A stretch of DNA of 64,000 nucleotides from Candidatus Peregrinibacteria bacterium CG_4_10_14_0_2_um_filter_38_24 (GCA_002792535.1 PFOM01000004.1:2551-66550); one strand, 5' to 3'; shown: positions 25,632 to 36,590, numbered from the stretch's first letter. Notes: a model not told the origin generated them from the sequence alone. Program-made: numbers and translations.

Positions 25632-27734
25632 ATGTCTATGTCCACATATCTTTTTGCTTCGATATTCGGCATTAGTCTTCTTTCTCTTGTTGTTGCAATT
25701 TTGTTTGCGCGCCATGTCCTTGCACAGGACAAAGGTACGCCAAAAATGCAGGAAATTGCTGAGGCTATTAGAGAGGGAGCTATGGCGTTTTTGAGAAGAC
25801 AGTACGTTACAATTGGTATTCTATCACTTGTAATGGTTGTCGTCATTCTTGGTGCATATTCTTTAAGTGGTGATTTCAGCTATGGTTGGCATACTGCTTT
25901 AGCATTTGTCCTTGGAGCGGCTTGTTCTGCTCTTTCAGGATTTTTGGGGATGTACATGAGTGTAAAAGCGAATCTTCGAACTGCTGCTGCGGCTCAACAC
26001 AGCGTAAATAAAGCTCTTAAGATGGCGATTCGTGGTGGAGCCTTCTCAGGTATTTTGGTAGTTGCACTTTCTCTTCTTGGAGTTGGTGGACTTTTCGTAG
26101 CTTATGGCGGAGTCGCAAATCCTACAGAAGTTCCTCTTTTATTGGTTGGTTTCGGATTTGGAGCTTCTTTCGTTGCTCTATTCGCACAACTTGGAGGTGG
26201 AATTTATACAAAAGCTGCCGATGTTGGAGCTGATCTAGTTGGAAAAGTAGAAGCTGGAATTCCTGAAGATGATCCTAGAAATCCTGCGGTTATTGCTGAT
26301 TTAGTTGGGGATAACGTTGGAGATTGTGCAGGTCGTGGAGCGGATCTTTTCGAATCTACAGCTGCTGAAAATATTGGAGCGATGATTCTTGGAATCGCGC
26401 TTTTCCCAGTATTTGGATTTAAAGGAATTATTTTTCCTCTTGTAGCTCGTGCATTTGGACTTATCGCTTCTATCGTTGGTGTTATGGTGGTTTCAATTAA
26501 AGAATCACAAGATCCAATGAAAGGATTGAACAAAGGTTATTTTGTTACAACAATTTTATCTATCGTTGGATTTGGAATCTCAAGCTATTTGCTTTTGACT
26601 CCATCAGCTGAATATCTTTTAGCTAATCCTACATCTGCAAATGCATGGATGTGGTTCTTCGGAGCCGGACTTGTTGGTATCGTTGCCAGCGTTGCGTTTG
26701 TTTACATTACTCAATATTACACAGAATATAGATATCGCCCTGTAAAAGAAATCGCAGAGGCTTCAGAAACAGGAGGTGCTACAAATATCATCAGTGGTTT
26801 CGCTGTTGGTCTTGAAAGCACAGGTCTTCCCGTACTTGTTATTTCTGCATCTTTGATTGCATCTTATTATCTTGGAAATGCTACCGGAATTATACATGGT
26901 GGACTTTATGGAACTGCTGTTGCGACTATGGGAATGCTTGCGACTGCGGCTTATATCCTTGCAATGGATAACTTTGGGCCTATCACAGACAATGCTGGAG
27001 GAATCGTTGAAATGTCAAAAGCTCCTGAAGAAATCAGAAAGAGAACAGATCGTCTTGATGCTGTTGGAAACACAACAAAAGCTCTTACAAAGGGTTATGC
27101 TGTTGGATCTGCGGCTCTTGCGGCATTCTTGCTTTTCTCTGCTTTCCTAGAAGCGGCAAAACTTACAAGTATCGATCTTGCTAAACCAATCGTTTTCGTT
27201 GGAGGACTGATTGGAGCTATGTTGATTTTTGTTTTCTCTTCATTCGCAATTCGTGCTGTTTCTCGTGCGGCAGGTTACATCATCAATGATGTTCGTGCTC
27301 AGTTTAAAGAGAAACTTGGAATTATGGCTGGAACTGAGAAACCTGATTATGCGAGAAGTGTTGATATTTGTACAAAAGGTGCGCTTAAAGAAATGGTTCT
27401 TCCAGGACTTACAGCCGTTGCTGTTCCGACTATCGTTGGATTTACTCTTGGAGTTGAAGCGGTTGGAGCGACTCTTATGGTTGGAACTATTGCCGGTGTT
27501 GTTTTGGCTCTTACTCTTAACAATGGAGGAGGTGCTTGGGACAACGCTAAGAAATATATTGAAATGGGAGCGCACGGTGGAAAAGGCTCATTTGCTCATA
27601 AAGCAGCGGTTGTTGGAGATACTGTTGGTGATCCGTTCAAGGATACAGCAGGTCCTTCACTACACGTTTTGATCAAACTACTTTCTACACTTACACTTGT
27701 TCTTGCACCACTTTTCTTGTTGGTACAGAAATAA
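25632..27734 (+). CDS. hppA: Membrane H+-translocating pyrophosphatase, K+-independent signature
   Basis: GGGIYTKAADVGADLVGKVE, PEDDPRNPAVIADLVGDNVGD, DAVGNTTKA (Lys variant), GGAWDNAKK, GDTVGDPFKDTAGP. Confidence 0.96.
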   Translation: MSMSTYLFASIFGISLLSLVVAILFARHVLAQDKGTPKMQEIAEAIREGAMAFLRRQYVTIGILSLVMVVVILGAYSLSGDFSYGWHTALAFVLGAACSALSGFLGMYMSVKANLRTAAAAQHSVNKALKMAIRGGAFSGILVVALSLLGVGGLFVAYGGVANPTEVPLLLVGFGFGASFVALFAQLGGGIYTKAADVGADLVGKVEAGIPEDDPRNPAVIADLVGDNVGDCAGRGADLFESTAAENIGAMILGIALFPVFGFKGIIFPLVARAFGLIASIVGVMVVSIKESQDPMKGLNKGYFVTTILSIVGFGISSYLLLTPSAEYLLANPTSANAWMWFFGAGLVGIVASVAFVYITQYYTEYRYRPVKEIAEASETGGATNIISGFAVGLESTGLPVLVISASLIASYYLGNATGIIHGGLYGTAVATMGMLATAAYILAMDNFGPITDNAGGIVEMSKAPEEIRKRTDRLDAVGNTTKALTKGYAVGSAALAAFLLFSAFLEAAKLTSIDLAKPIVFVGGLIGAMLIFVFSSFAIRAVSRAAGYIINDVRAQFKEKLGIMAGTEKPDYARSVDICTKGALKEMVLPGLTAVAVPTIVGFTLGVEAVGATLMVGTIAGVVLALTLNNGGGAWDNAKKYIEMGAHGGKGSFAHKAAVVGDTVGDPFKDTAGPSLHVLIKLLSTLTLVLAPLFLLVQK

Positions 27735-27752
27735 GAAGTTTAGTTTGAATTA

Positions 27753-27785
27753 AAAAAGGAGTCGACGTAATGTCGGCTCCTTTTT
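27753..27785 (+). terminator. Rho-independent terminator, possibly bidirectional
   Basis: AAAAAGGAGTCGAC-GTAAT-GTCGGCTCCTTTTT. Confidence 0.85.
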
Positions 27786-27863
27786 GGTTTTAGAGAAAGA
27801 ATCTGGCGTTTTTTATTATTTCTGTTTGATGTAATATCATCATAGCAGTTTATAAAAATTTCT

Positions 27864-29675
27864 ATGAAAAAAATTTTTGCCATTGTTTTGCTTTCTTTTT
27901 TAGCGCAATTTGCTTTTGGGTTTTCGGCTAGCGCTCGCGATAATGTTGATTATTGGTATATAAAAGATTTTCAGTCGGAGATAGTTGTGAATAAAGATTC
28001 GAGTTTGCTTATTACTGAAAAGATTACTGCGGACTGTGGATCTTGTTTTAATAAACATGGAATTTTTAGGATTTTGCCGACGGAGACAAATACTACGGCA
28101 GGCACTTTTAAAAGGCCTGTGGAGCTTATCAGTATCACGGATTTTGATGGGAATTCGCTTCAATATGATGAGACGAATGATAGTGGCACTGTGACTTGGA
28201 AGATTGGAAATCCTGATGTGACAGTGCAAGGATTAAATTATTATAAAATTGTTTATAAAGTTCAGAATGCGGTTTATTTTGGTGGAGAAAATTTTGATGA
28301 GTTGTATTGGAATCTGAATGGGAATTTTTGGGATATGGAAACTGATAATTTTTCTGCGGATATAGTTTTTCCTGAAGAAGTTAACGAAGGGAATTCTGCG
28401 CTAAATTATTTTACCGGTGAATTTGATTCTGTTTCTAAAGATTTGGCTGAATATACATGGGTTGATGACAATACTCTCCGTTTTTATTCTGTCGGAACAC
28501 TTGGTTTAGGTGATGGGATAACCGTTTCTGCGATGTTTCCGAAAAATATTTTTACTCCGTATCAATTCACTTTTTTCGAGCTTTATGGTGAGTATTTTTG
28601 GTGGATTATTCCTTTTATTGTTTTTATTTTTTGTTTCATTATGTGGAAGAAACATGGAGATGATCCGGAAAATGATAAATCGATTATGCCTGAATTTGGA
28701 TCACCGGAAGATCTTACTCCGATGCAAATGGGAGTGCTTATGGACGATGGGGCGTTTGATAATAAATTTATAACTGCTTCTTTGATAAATTTGGCAGTAC
28801 ATGGGTTCATTTATATCAAAGAAATTGAGTCAAAAGTTCTTCTGGTTTTTACTTCAAAGGACTATGAAATTTCGTCTTTGAAGGAAGATATACATGTTGG
28901 GAAGGGAATTAGTGAAGCTGACGTTATTGTTTATCGAAATTTATTTGAGGTTGGAGCTGTTGTTTCTTTATTTAGTATGATTGCTGGAGGTATTTTTATT
29001 GATAAAAAAAATAAAATTTATCCGCATCCTGTTACGGGATTTACAGTGAAATTATCTGATTTGAAGAATCATTTTTATAAGGCTTTGGAGCCAATCAAGA
29101 AGCAGGTTCTTAAAGAATTGCACGAAAAAGATTTGTTGGAGAAACATGGATTAATGTTTAAGTCCGCGTTTTTTACGGTGGCGGTGTTGCTTTATTTTGT
29201 GTTGGTTTTATTGTTGACCTTGGATTTTTTTGACGCTTTTTCATTGTTTGCGATATTTTTGTCTGCTCTTATTTTTTTCCTATTTTCATTTATTATGCCG
29301 AAGAAAACCGTGAAAGGTGTGGAGCTTGAGAGAAGAATAAAGGGATTTAAAATGTATATGAAAACTGCGGAGAAGTATCGTCAGAAGTTTTATGAAGAAG
29401 AAAATATTTTTGAAAGATTTTTGCCGTATGCGATTGTGTTTGGGATTACTTCTCTTTGGGCTAAAAAAATGGTTTCCTTGTATGGAGAAAAGTATTTTTA
29501 TAGTCATTATCCTATTTGGTTTTCGTCTAGTTCTGGAAGTTTTGATCTTGGAGATTTTTCTACAAATATGACTTCTTTGGCAGATAGTATTTCTTCGAAT
29601 GTTTCTTCTCCGTCTGGTGGAAGCGGCGGTGGTTCTGGAGGTGGTGGAGGAGGAGGTGGAGGTGGTGGCTGGTAG
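27864..29675 (+). CDS. DUF2207 family membrane protein
   Basis: Signal peptide, KHGIFR, DELYWN, GFKMY, FERFLPYAIVFG, C-terminal GGGGGGGW. Confidence 0.92.
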   Translation: MKKIFAIVLLSFLAQFAFGFSASARDNVDYWYIKDFQSEIVVNKDSSLLITEKITADCGSCFNKHGIFRILPTETNTTAGTFKRPVELISITDFDGNSLQYDETNDSGTVTWKIGNPDVTVQGLNYYKIVYKVQNAVYFGGENFDELYWNLNGNFWDMETDNFSADIVFPEEVNEGNSALNYFTGEFDSVSKDLAEYTWVDDNTLRFYSVGTLGLGDGITVSAMFPKNIFTPYQFTFFELYGEYFWWIIPFIVFIFCFIMWKKHGDDPENDKSIMPEFGSPEDLTPMQMGVLMDDGAFDNKFITASLINLAVHGFIYIKEIESKVLLVFTSKDYEISSLKEDIHVGKGISEADVIVYRNLFEVGAVVSLFSMIAGGIFIDKKNKIYPHPVTGFTVKLSDLKNHFYKALEPIKKQVLKELHEKDLLEKHGLMFKSAFFTVAVLLYFVLVLLLTLDFFDAFSLFAIFLSALIFFLFSFIMPKKTVKGVELERRIKGFKMYMKTAEKYRQKFYEEENIFERFLPYAIVFGITSLWAKKMVSLYGEKYFYSHYPIWFSSSSGSFDLGDFSTNMTSLADSISSNVSSPSGGSGGGSGGGGGGGGGGGW

Positions 29676-29729
29676 GATTGACTAATTTCCTAAATTGTTA
29701 TATAAGGACGTCTAATTTATATAATAATT

Positions 29730-30065
29730 ATGAGTGAGCAGGTGGTGCCAGCACAGAAGGTTAAGTTTCATAGTGTGGGATATGTCCTTAGGCATGTTGT
29801 TTATTCCAAACTTAAGAAAATCGGATTTTCTCCTGTGCAATTTTTGAAAAGTGGAAAAGGATTTGGTGGAGGAATGGTTAAAAATGGTCTTGATACTCCG
29901 GATTCTGTGAGGGATTATATGTTGTTTTTTTCTAAATATCCTGTTCTTCAGAGGGCTTTTTTGGCGGCGTTTATGGCTTGTTTGACGGTGCCTTTTTTGG
30001 TGGCGTTAAAGGATGGACTTTTGAAGATTGTGAAAAAAGATAAGCGTCAAGATGGGGAAATGTAG
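29730..30065 (+). CDS. Hypothetical protein with one hydrophobic segment
   Basis: ORF in operon-like position with normal codon usage. Confidence 0.65.
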   Translation: MSEQVVPAQKVKFHSVGYVLRHVVYSKLKKIGFSPVQFLKSGKGFGGGMVKNGLDTPDSVRDYMLFFSKYPVLQRAFLAAFMACLTVPFLVALKDGLLKIVKKDKRQDGEM

Positions 30066-30110
30066 TGTTTTTGCTTTGCACTGAGATGGATTGTGTTATA
30101 TATTTTTAAT

Positions 30111-31220
30111 ATGAAAGAAAGAAAACCTTTTCATTTTAAATCTGATAGTGCTCTTATTTTGGATAAACTTCCCGGATATTTCTTGATAGTTTGTCTTTTG
30201 TTTGCGCTTTATTATATGGTTGGGATTTTAGAGCCTTTCATTACTGTTGTTTTTGTGGCGGCGGTTTTGGCGATATCTTTTAATCCTTTGCATAAATCTT
30301 TGCTTAAAGCTTTTCGAGGATGGGGGAGGACGGCAAGTTTTGTCTCATGTATTTTAATTGTTCTTATTATTCTTGTTCCTATAGCTGTTTTTATTATTTT
30401 CCTTACGAGTGAGGCGTTTTCAACTTATGAAATTGTTCAGTTGAAAATAAATTCCGGTGTTTTTGATAAATATTTACAGTGGAAAAATGGCGGATTTTTC
30501 TATGATTTGAAGGGAATGATTTCGCCTCTTGTAGATGTGGATAGTATGGATTTGAAGCAGAATATAGTTGAGATAGCTAAATCTTTGAGTACTTTCCTTG
30601 TTTCGCAGACTGCTTCTTTTGTGAAGAGTATTTCTGAAATTATGCTGAGTTTGGTTGTTTTATTGTTTTGTTTGTTTTATTTCTTTAAGGATGGAGCTTC
30701 TCTTGTGAAAAGGATTGGGGAATTAAGCCCTTTACCTTCATCTTATGAGGAGCAGCTTTTTTACAAAATAAAAGATATGGTTAAGGCTGTGGTGTTTGGA
30801 GTGTTTTTGACTGCTATCCTTCAGGGAGTTGTTGGAGGCGTCGGATTCATGGTTGCTGGAATTTCCAATCCGGTCTTTTGGGGGACTGCTATTGCTTTTT
30901 TCTCTCTTGTTCCTGTCGTTGGAACTGCGGTTGTTTGGGTTCCCGCTGGACTTATTTTATTGATGCTTGGAGATTATTATTCTGCTGTTTTCCTTGTGTG
31001 TTGGGGAATTTTTGTTATAGGAACTGTAGATAACTTTGCGAGACCTTATCTTATGCGTGGAAATACACATACTTACCCCCTAATGATGTTTTTGGTTGTA
31101 TTGGGTGGAGTTGTGACGATGGGTCTTAAGGGGGTCGTTGTTGGACCGCTAGTGCTTATCGTGCTAATGTCGTTTTTGCACATTTATGAATTTGAATATA
31201 AGAACCTTTTAAAAAAATAA
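30111..31220 (+). CDS. AI-2E family transporter
   Basis: FYFFKDG, TAILQG, SLVPVVGTAVVWVP, DNFARP, GVVVGP; ATG 30111. Confidence 0.92.
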   Translation: MKERKPFHFKSDSALILDKLPGYFLIVCLLFALYYMVGILEPFITVVFVAAVLAISFNPLHKSLLKAFRGWGRTASFVSCILIVLIILVPIAVFIIFLTSEAFSTYEIVQLKINSGVFDKYLQWKNGGFFYDLKGMISPLVDVDSMDLKQNIVEIAKSLSTFLVSQTASFVKSISEIMLSLVVLLFCLFYFFKDGASLVKRIGELSPLPSSYEEQLFYKIKDMVKAVVFGVFLTAILQGVVGGVGFMVAGISNPVFWGTAIAFFSLVPVVGTAVVWVPAGLILLMLGDYYSAVFLVCWGIFVIGTVDNFARPYLMRGNTHTYPLMMFLVVLGGVVTMGLKGVVVGPLVLIVLMSFLHIYEFEYKNLLKK

Positions 31221-31234
31221 TTTAACATTTTATT

Positions 31235-32071
31235 ATGCCTAAAATAGTTCAAAAAAAGAGAAGTTTTCCTCCCAAAAAAATTATTAATCCTAAAGTTTCG
31301 GATAGGAAAATGAATGAAATCTCTTCTCGTCATTCTTTTTCGGGAATGGATATGTCTAGGGGTTTTTTAGTGCTTTTGATGCTTTTTGTTGCTGTTTCCG
31401 GGTATGCGATGGGATCATTTTCCAGTTCTAATAATGATTATTTAAATAAATTCTATTCTTCTGTTCTTGTAGCGGATGATGAATCTGTGAGTTCTAGCGG
31501 TGAGGTTTCGAAGGAAGATGCGAAAAAGCAGATATTCAAGGATGTTCCTATTAATCATAAAAATGCCGCGGCGATTGAGTCTTTGTATAATTTGGGAATT
31601 TTGACAGGATATAGTGATGGAAATTTTAAGCCTGATGACACAATAAATCGTGCTGAATTTTTGGTTATCTTGTCTAATGCTGTCGATGCTGATTTTGCGG
31701 GAAAGAAGCTTGAAAATTGTTTTGCAGATGTGAAAACTGAATGGTTCGCGGCTTTTGCTTGTTATGCGAAAGATGCCGGGTGGGTGAGTGGATATGCAGA
31801 TGGCACTTTTAAGCCCGGACAGGTCGTTTCAAAGGCGGAGGCTGTGAAAATTATCTTTTCTGCGACAAACTATCCTCTTTGTGCGGACATAAAGGTTGAT
31901 CCATATACTGATGTTCCTGCTGACAGTTGGATGGCGCCATATGCGTGTGCGGCGAAGGAAGGGAATATTGTTTCCGGAAAAACTTTGTATACACCATTTT
32001 ATAGCGTGACAAGAGGTGACACGGCTCAGCTTATTTATAACACAATGGCTAAGCTTAAGCTTTTGGATTAA
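31235..32071 (+). CDS. S-layer homology (SLH) domain protein
   Basis: Three SLH repeats (FKDVP..GILTGYSDGNFKP..INRAEF; FADV..GYADGTFKP..SKAEA; YTDVP..TRGD). Confidence 0.92.
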   Translation: MPKIVQKKRSFPPKKIINPKVSDRKMNEISSRHSFSGMDMSRGFLVLLMLFVAVSGYAMGSFSSSNNDYLNKFYSSVLVADDESVSSSGEVSKEDAKKQIFKDVPINHKNAAAIESLYNLGILTGYSDGNFKPDDTINRAEFLVILSNAVDADFAGKKLENCFADVKTEWFAAFACYAKDAGWVSGYADGTFKPGQVVSKAEAVKIIFSATNYPLCADIKVDPYTDVPADSWMAPYACAAKEGNIVSGKTLYTPFYSVTRGDTAQLIYNTMAKLKLLD

Positions 32072-32490
32072 CGCTTACCTGTTATTGAGACTAGGATTAA
32101 GGTGATGATTATGATTGGGGGCGTTAGGTAACGTCCCCAATTTTTTGGAGATTTGGTTTTTGAATTAGAGTTGATTGTTTTTGAAGTTGTGTTGTTTGGT
32201 GGATTTACTGTTTTTGTTTTTGTTGTATTGCTGTTGCTTGTAGTTTTCTTGACGGAGGTCGTTTTAGTTTTTTTCTTTGTTTCTTTCGTTGATTTTGGTT
32301 TTTTGTTTTGAGATTCTTGAATAATTTTATTACTCGGTGTGTTTTGGCTAGTGGTGGCGGCTGATTGTGGTGTAAAAATTGGTTGTGGGGTTATAATTGA
32401 GTTTGCGAAAACTCCCTGAGTTTGCCAAATTGAAAATAGTATTATTATTGATGAGAATATTTTTTGTGTTTTTTTAAATGAATTTTTCAT
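32068..32490 (-). CDS. Hypothetical exported protein (signal peptide, Thr/Lys-rich linker, C-terminal TM)
   Basis: Hydrophobic termini with a low-complexity middle. Confidence 0.65.
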   Translation of the reverse strand: MKNSFKKTQKIFSSIIILFSIWQTQGVFANSIITPQPIFTPQSAATTSQNTPSNKIIQESQNKKPKSTKETKKKTKTTSVKKTTSNSNTTKTKTVNPPNNTTSKTINSNSKTKSPKNWGRYLTPPIIIITLILVSITGKR

Positions 32491-32601
32491 GGGCGTTTGA
32501 TTAATTTAAAAATATTTTTTAATTTAATACATTTGAGCATATTGAGATTAAATTTTTGTTAAATTTTGTTGAAATTTTCTTAATGTTTTCCTAAAAGCTG
32601 T

Positions 32602-32629
32602 TTGACATTTTCGGGTAATGAAGTACACT
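32602..32629 (+). promoter_or_regulatory. Putative promoter of the rny leader
   Basis: TTGACA (32602-32607), 16 bp spacer, TACACT (32624-32629). Confidence 0.55.
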
Positions 32630-32664
32630 TTTGCTGTAAGTATTTATTTAAATATTAAGTTCGA

Positions 32665-32845
32665 GCTTTAGGTTTTACAGAGTTTAGAATTACATTTTTG
32701 ACACGTACGCTTTAACGGCTTATATAAAGCAGAAACCACGATGATTAACTTGATTTCAAAGATCAAATATAGACCTATATTGATATCCTAGGATTGCTAG
32801 GTGTTCTTTTGATTTCAGGCGTTTTAAACTCATGATGACTAAAGT
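32665..32845 (+). ncRNA. Candidate structured RNA upstream of rny
   Basis: Closing helices GCTTTAG/CTAAAGT and GAGTTTAGAAT/GTTTTAAACTC (G-U on + strand) enclose several small hairpins. Confidence 0.4.
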
Positions 32846-32874
32846 AAGGATTAAATAATCTAACTTTTGTTGAT

Positions 32875-34398
32875 ATGGGTATAACATTTTTAATTGCCAT
32901 CATAGGCGCGGCCATTGGTGGGTACGGAGGATATTTGTACAGGAAAAAAACAGTTGAGGAGAAAAATAAGGATCTTGTAGTGAAGGCTGAACAGATTATG
33001 AATGATGCCAAAAACAAAGCTAAGGAGGTTTTGTATGAGGCAAAAAATGAGGCTTTTAAGCTTCAGGATGAAGTGAAAAAGGATGAGAGAAAAAGACAAT
33101 CTCAGTTGAATGAAATCGAGGAAAGGCTTCTTAAAAAAGAATCCAGCCTTGATAAGAAGGAGGACGATGTTGACAAGCTTAAGGGTGAAATGGATTTGAA
33201 AATTACTTCAATCCGTCAACTTAGAGATCAGGTTGAGGAGATTTATAAGATGCAGGCCGCTCAACTTGAGAAGGTTGCGAACATGAGTAAGGAAGAGGCA
33301 AAAGAGCTTCTTATAAGGAAAGTTGAGGAAGATTCGAAGGAAGATATTGTTCTTCAGATTACAAAATTTGAAAAAGAATTGCACGATAAGGCGAGGGAAA
33401 AGGCTAAATGGATTTTGGCTGAAGCTATCGTGAAGTGTGCGGCTGAGACTACGGCTGAATCTACTTCTACTATAGTGAGTTTGCCGAGTGATGAGATGAA
33501 GGGACGTATTATCGGTCGTGAAGGTCGAAATATTAATACGTTTGAGCAAATTACCGGTGTTGATGTGATTGTGGATGATACGCCGGGATCTATTGTGATT
33601 TCCGGATTTGATTTGGTTAGAAGATATGTTGCGAAAGTTGCGCTTGAAAGGCTTATTGAGGATGGACGTATCCATCCTGCGAGAATCGAAGAAACTGTTG
33701 AAAAGGTGAAAGAAGAGGTAAATATGCTTATCAAAGAGCTTGGAGAAAAGGCTGTCCTTGAGACTGGAGTGAATGGGCTTCATCCGAATTTGGTAAAGAT
33801 CTTGGGTCGTTTGAAATTCAGGGTTACTCACGGACAAAATGCTTTGAAGCATTCAATGGAGGTTTCTTTCTTGGCTTCTGCTCTTGCAGGAGAACTTGGT
33901 GCGGACATCTCTGTTTGTAAAAAAGCGGGACTTTTGCATGATATTGGGAAGGCTGTTGATCATGAGATTTCAGGTCATCATGCGAAAATTGGTGCTGATA
34001 TTGCACGAAAATTTGGACTTCCCGAGGAAGTTGTTCATGCTATTGAGGCGCATCATGGCGATCCTGAGCCAAAAAGTCTTGAGGCGCAAATTATTCAGGC
34101 GGCGAATCTTATTTCAAATTCAAGAACTGGAGCAAATAAAGATAATCTCGATACTTATATTAGAAGGCTTACTGAGCTTGAAACGCTTTGCAATACCTTT
34201 GATGGTGTGAAGAAAGTGTTTGCGGTACAAGCTGGAAATGAGGTCAGAATCTTTGTTAATCCTGATGAGATCGATGATCTTGGGGCAATCAAAATGTCTC
34301 ATGACGTTGCTCGTAGAATCGAAAAAGATTTCCACAGCCCAAATCCAGTGAAAGTTCATGTTGTGAGAGAAACAAGAGCGGAGGAATTTGCGGTGTAA
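32875..34398 (+). CDS. rny: Ribonuclease Y (divergent HD domain)
   Basis: N-terminal TM + coiled coil, KH motif MKGRIIGREGRNI, DGRIHPARIEE, GLLHDIGK, AVQAGNEVR. Confidence 0.95.
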   Translation: MGITFLIAIIGAAIGGYGGYLYRKKTVEEKNKDLVVKAEQIMNDAKNKAKEVLYEAKNEAFKLQDEVKKDERKRQSQLNEIEERLLKKESSLDKKEDDVDKLKGEMDLKITSIRQLRDQVEEIYKMQAAQLEKVANMSKEEAKELLIRKVEEDSKEDIVLQITKFEKELHDKAREKAKWILAEAIVKCAAETTAESTSTIVSLPSDEMKGRIIGREGRNINTFEQITGVDVIVDDTPGSIVISGFDLVRRYVAKVALERLIEDGRIHPARIEETVEKVKEEVNMLIKELGEKAVLETGVNGLHPNLVKILGRLKFRVTHGQNALKHSMEVSFLASALAGELGADISVCKKAGLLHDIGKAVDHEISGHHAKIGADIARKFGLPEEVVHAIEAHHGDPEPKSLEAQIIQAANLISNSRTGANKDNLDTYIRRLTELETLCNTFDGVKKVFAVQAGNEVRIFVNPDEIDDLGAIKMSHDVARRIEKDFHSPNPVKVHVVRETRAEEFAV

Positions 34399-34415
34399 AG
34401 GTGTAGATTTTATAC

Positions 34416-34455
34416 TTGACTTAAATAATTAGCACTCTATAATATTGGGTGCTAA
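34416..34455 (+). promoter_or_regulatory. groESL promoter with CIRCE (HrcA operator)
   Basis: TTAGCACTC-tataatatt-GGGTGCTAA (34429-34455; one mismatch to TTAGCACTC-N9-GAGTGCTAA); -35 TTGACT at 34416, -10 TATAAT inside the CIRCE spacer. Confidence 0.92.
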
Positions 34456-34480
34456 TTTATTTAAATAACTGTTGTGAATT

Positions 34481-34777
34481 ATGGCGAATATTCAACCTTT
34501 GGGAAATCATGTTGTGGTGGAGGCGATAAAGGAAGAGCTGACTTCTTCTTCTGGTATTATAATTCCGGATAGTGTTTCGAAAGAGAAGCCTATGAAGGGA
34601 AAAGTTTTGGCTGTCGGGCCTGGGAAAATGGCAAATGATGGAAAGACTGTGATGGCGCCTGATCTTGAGGTCGGAGACGTGGTTCTTTTTTCAAAATACG
34701 GACCTACGGAAGTGAAACTTGAAGGAAAGGAAGTTTTGATTTTGTCTGTCGATGACATCTTTGCGAAATTGAAATAA
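34481..34777 (+). CDS. groES: Co-chaperonin GroES
   Basis: IQPLG, SGIIIPD, GKVLAVGPG, VGDVVLFSKYG. Confidence 0.97.
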   Translation: MANIQPLGNHVVVEAIKEELTSSSGIIIPDSVSKEKPMKGKVLAVGPGKMANDGKTVMAPDLEVGDVVLFSKYGPTEVKLEGKEVLILSVDDIFAKLK

Positions 34778-34783
34778 TACGTT

Positions 34784-34922
34784 GAGCCATTTGGATATTT
34801 GTTTTTCCTAAGTCGTGTCGCATTTTGCAATTCTAACGTGTACGAATTGCAAAAAGTCTCGTCATCGTGATGACTCGACTGGCGACACAAGGACTTACTT
34901 AAAACAAATATCCAAATGGCTC
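34784..34922. repeat. Structured palindromic element, family 1, copy B (between groES and groEL)
   Basis: Perfect 22-bp outer IR; TTTTGCAATT-CTAACGTGTACG-AATTGCAAAA; second hairpin centred on CATCGTGATG. Confidence 0.9.
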
Positions 34923-34928
34923 TCATAA

Positions 34929-36590
<1,662 letters not shown>

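Noticed and set aside
34784-34922. Hammerhead or other known ribozyme in the three-way junction
   Set aside because: No CUGANGA/GAAA core at the junction on either strand.
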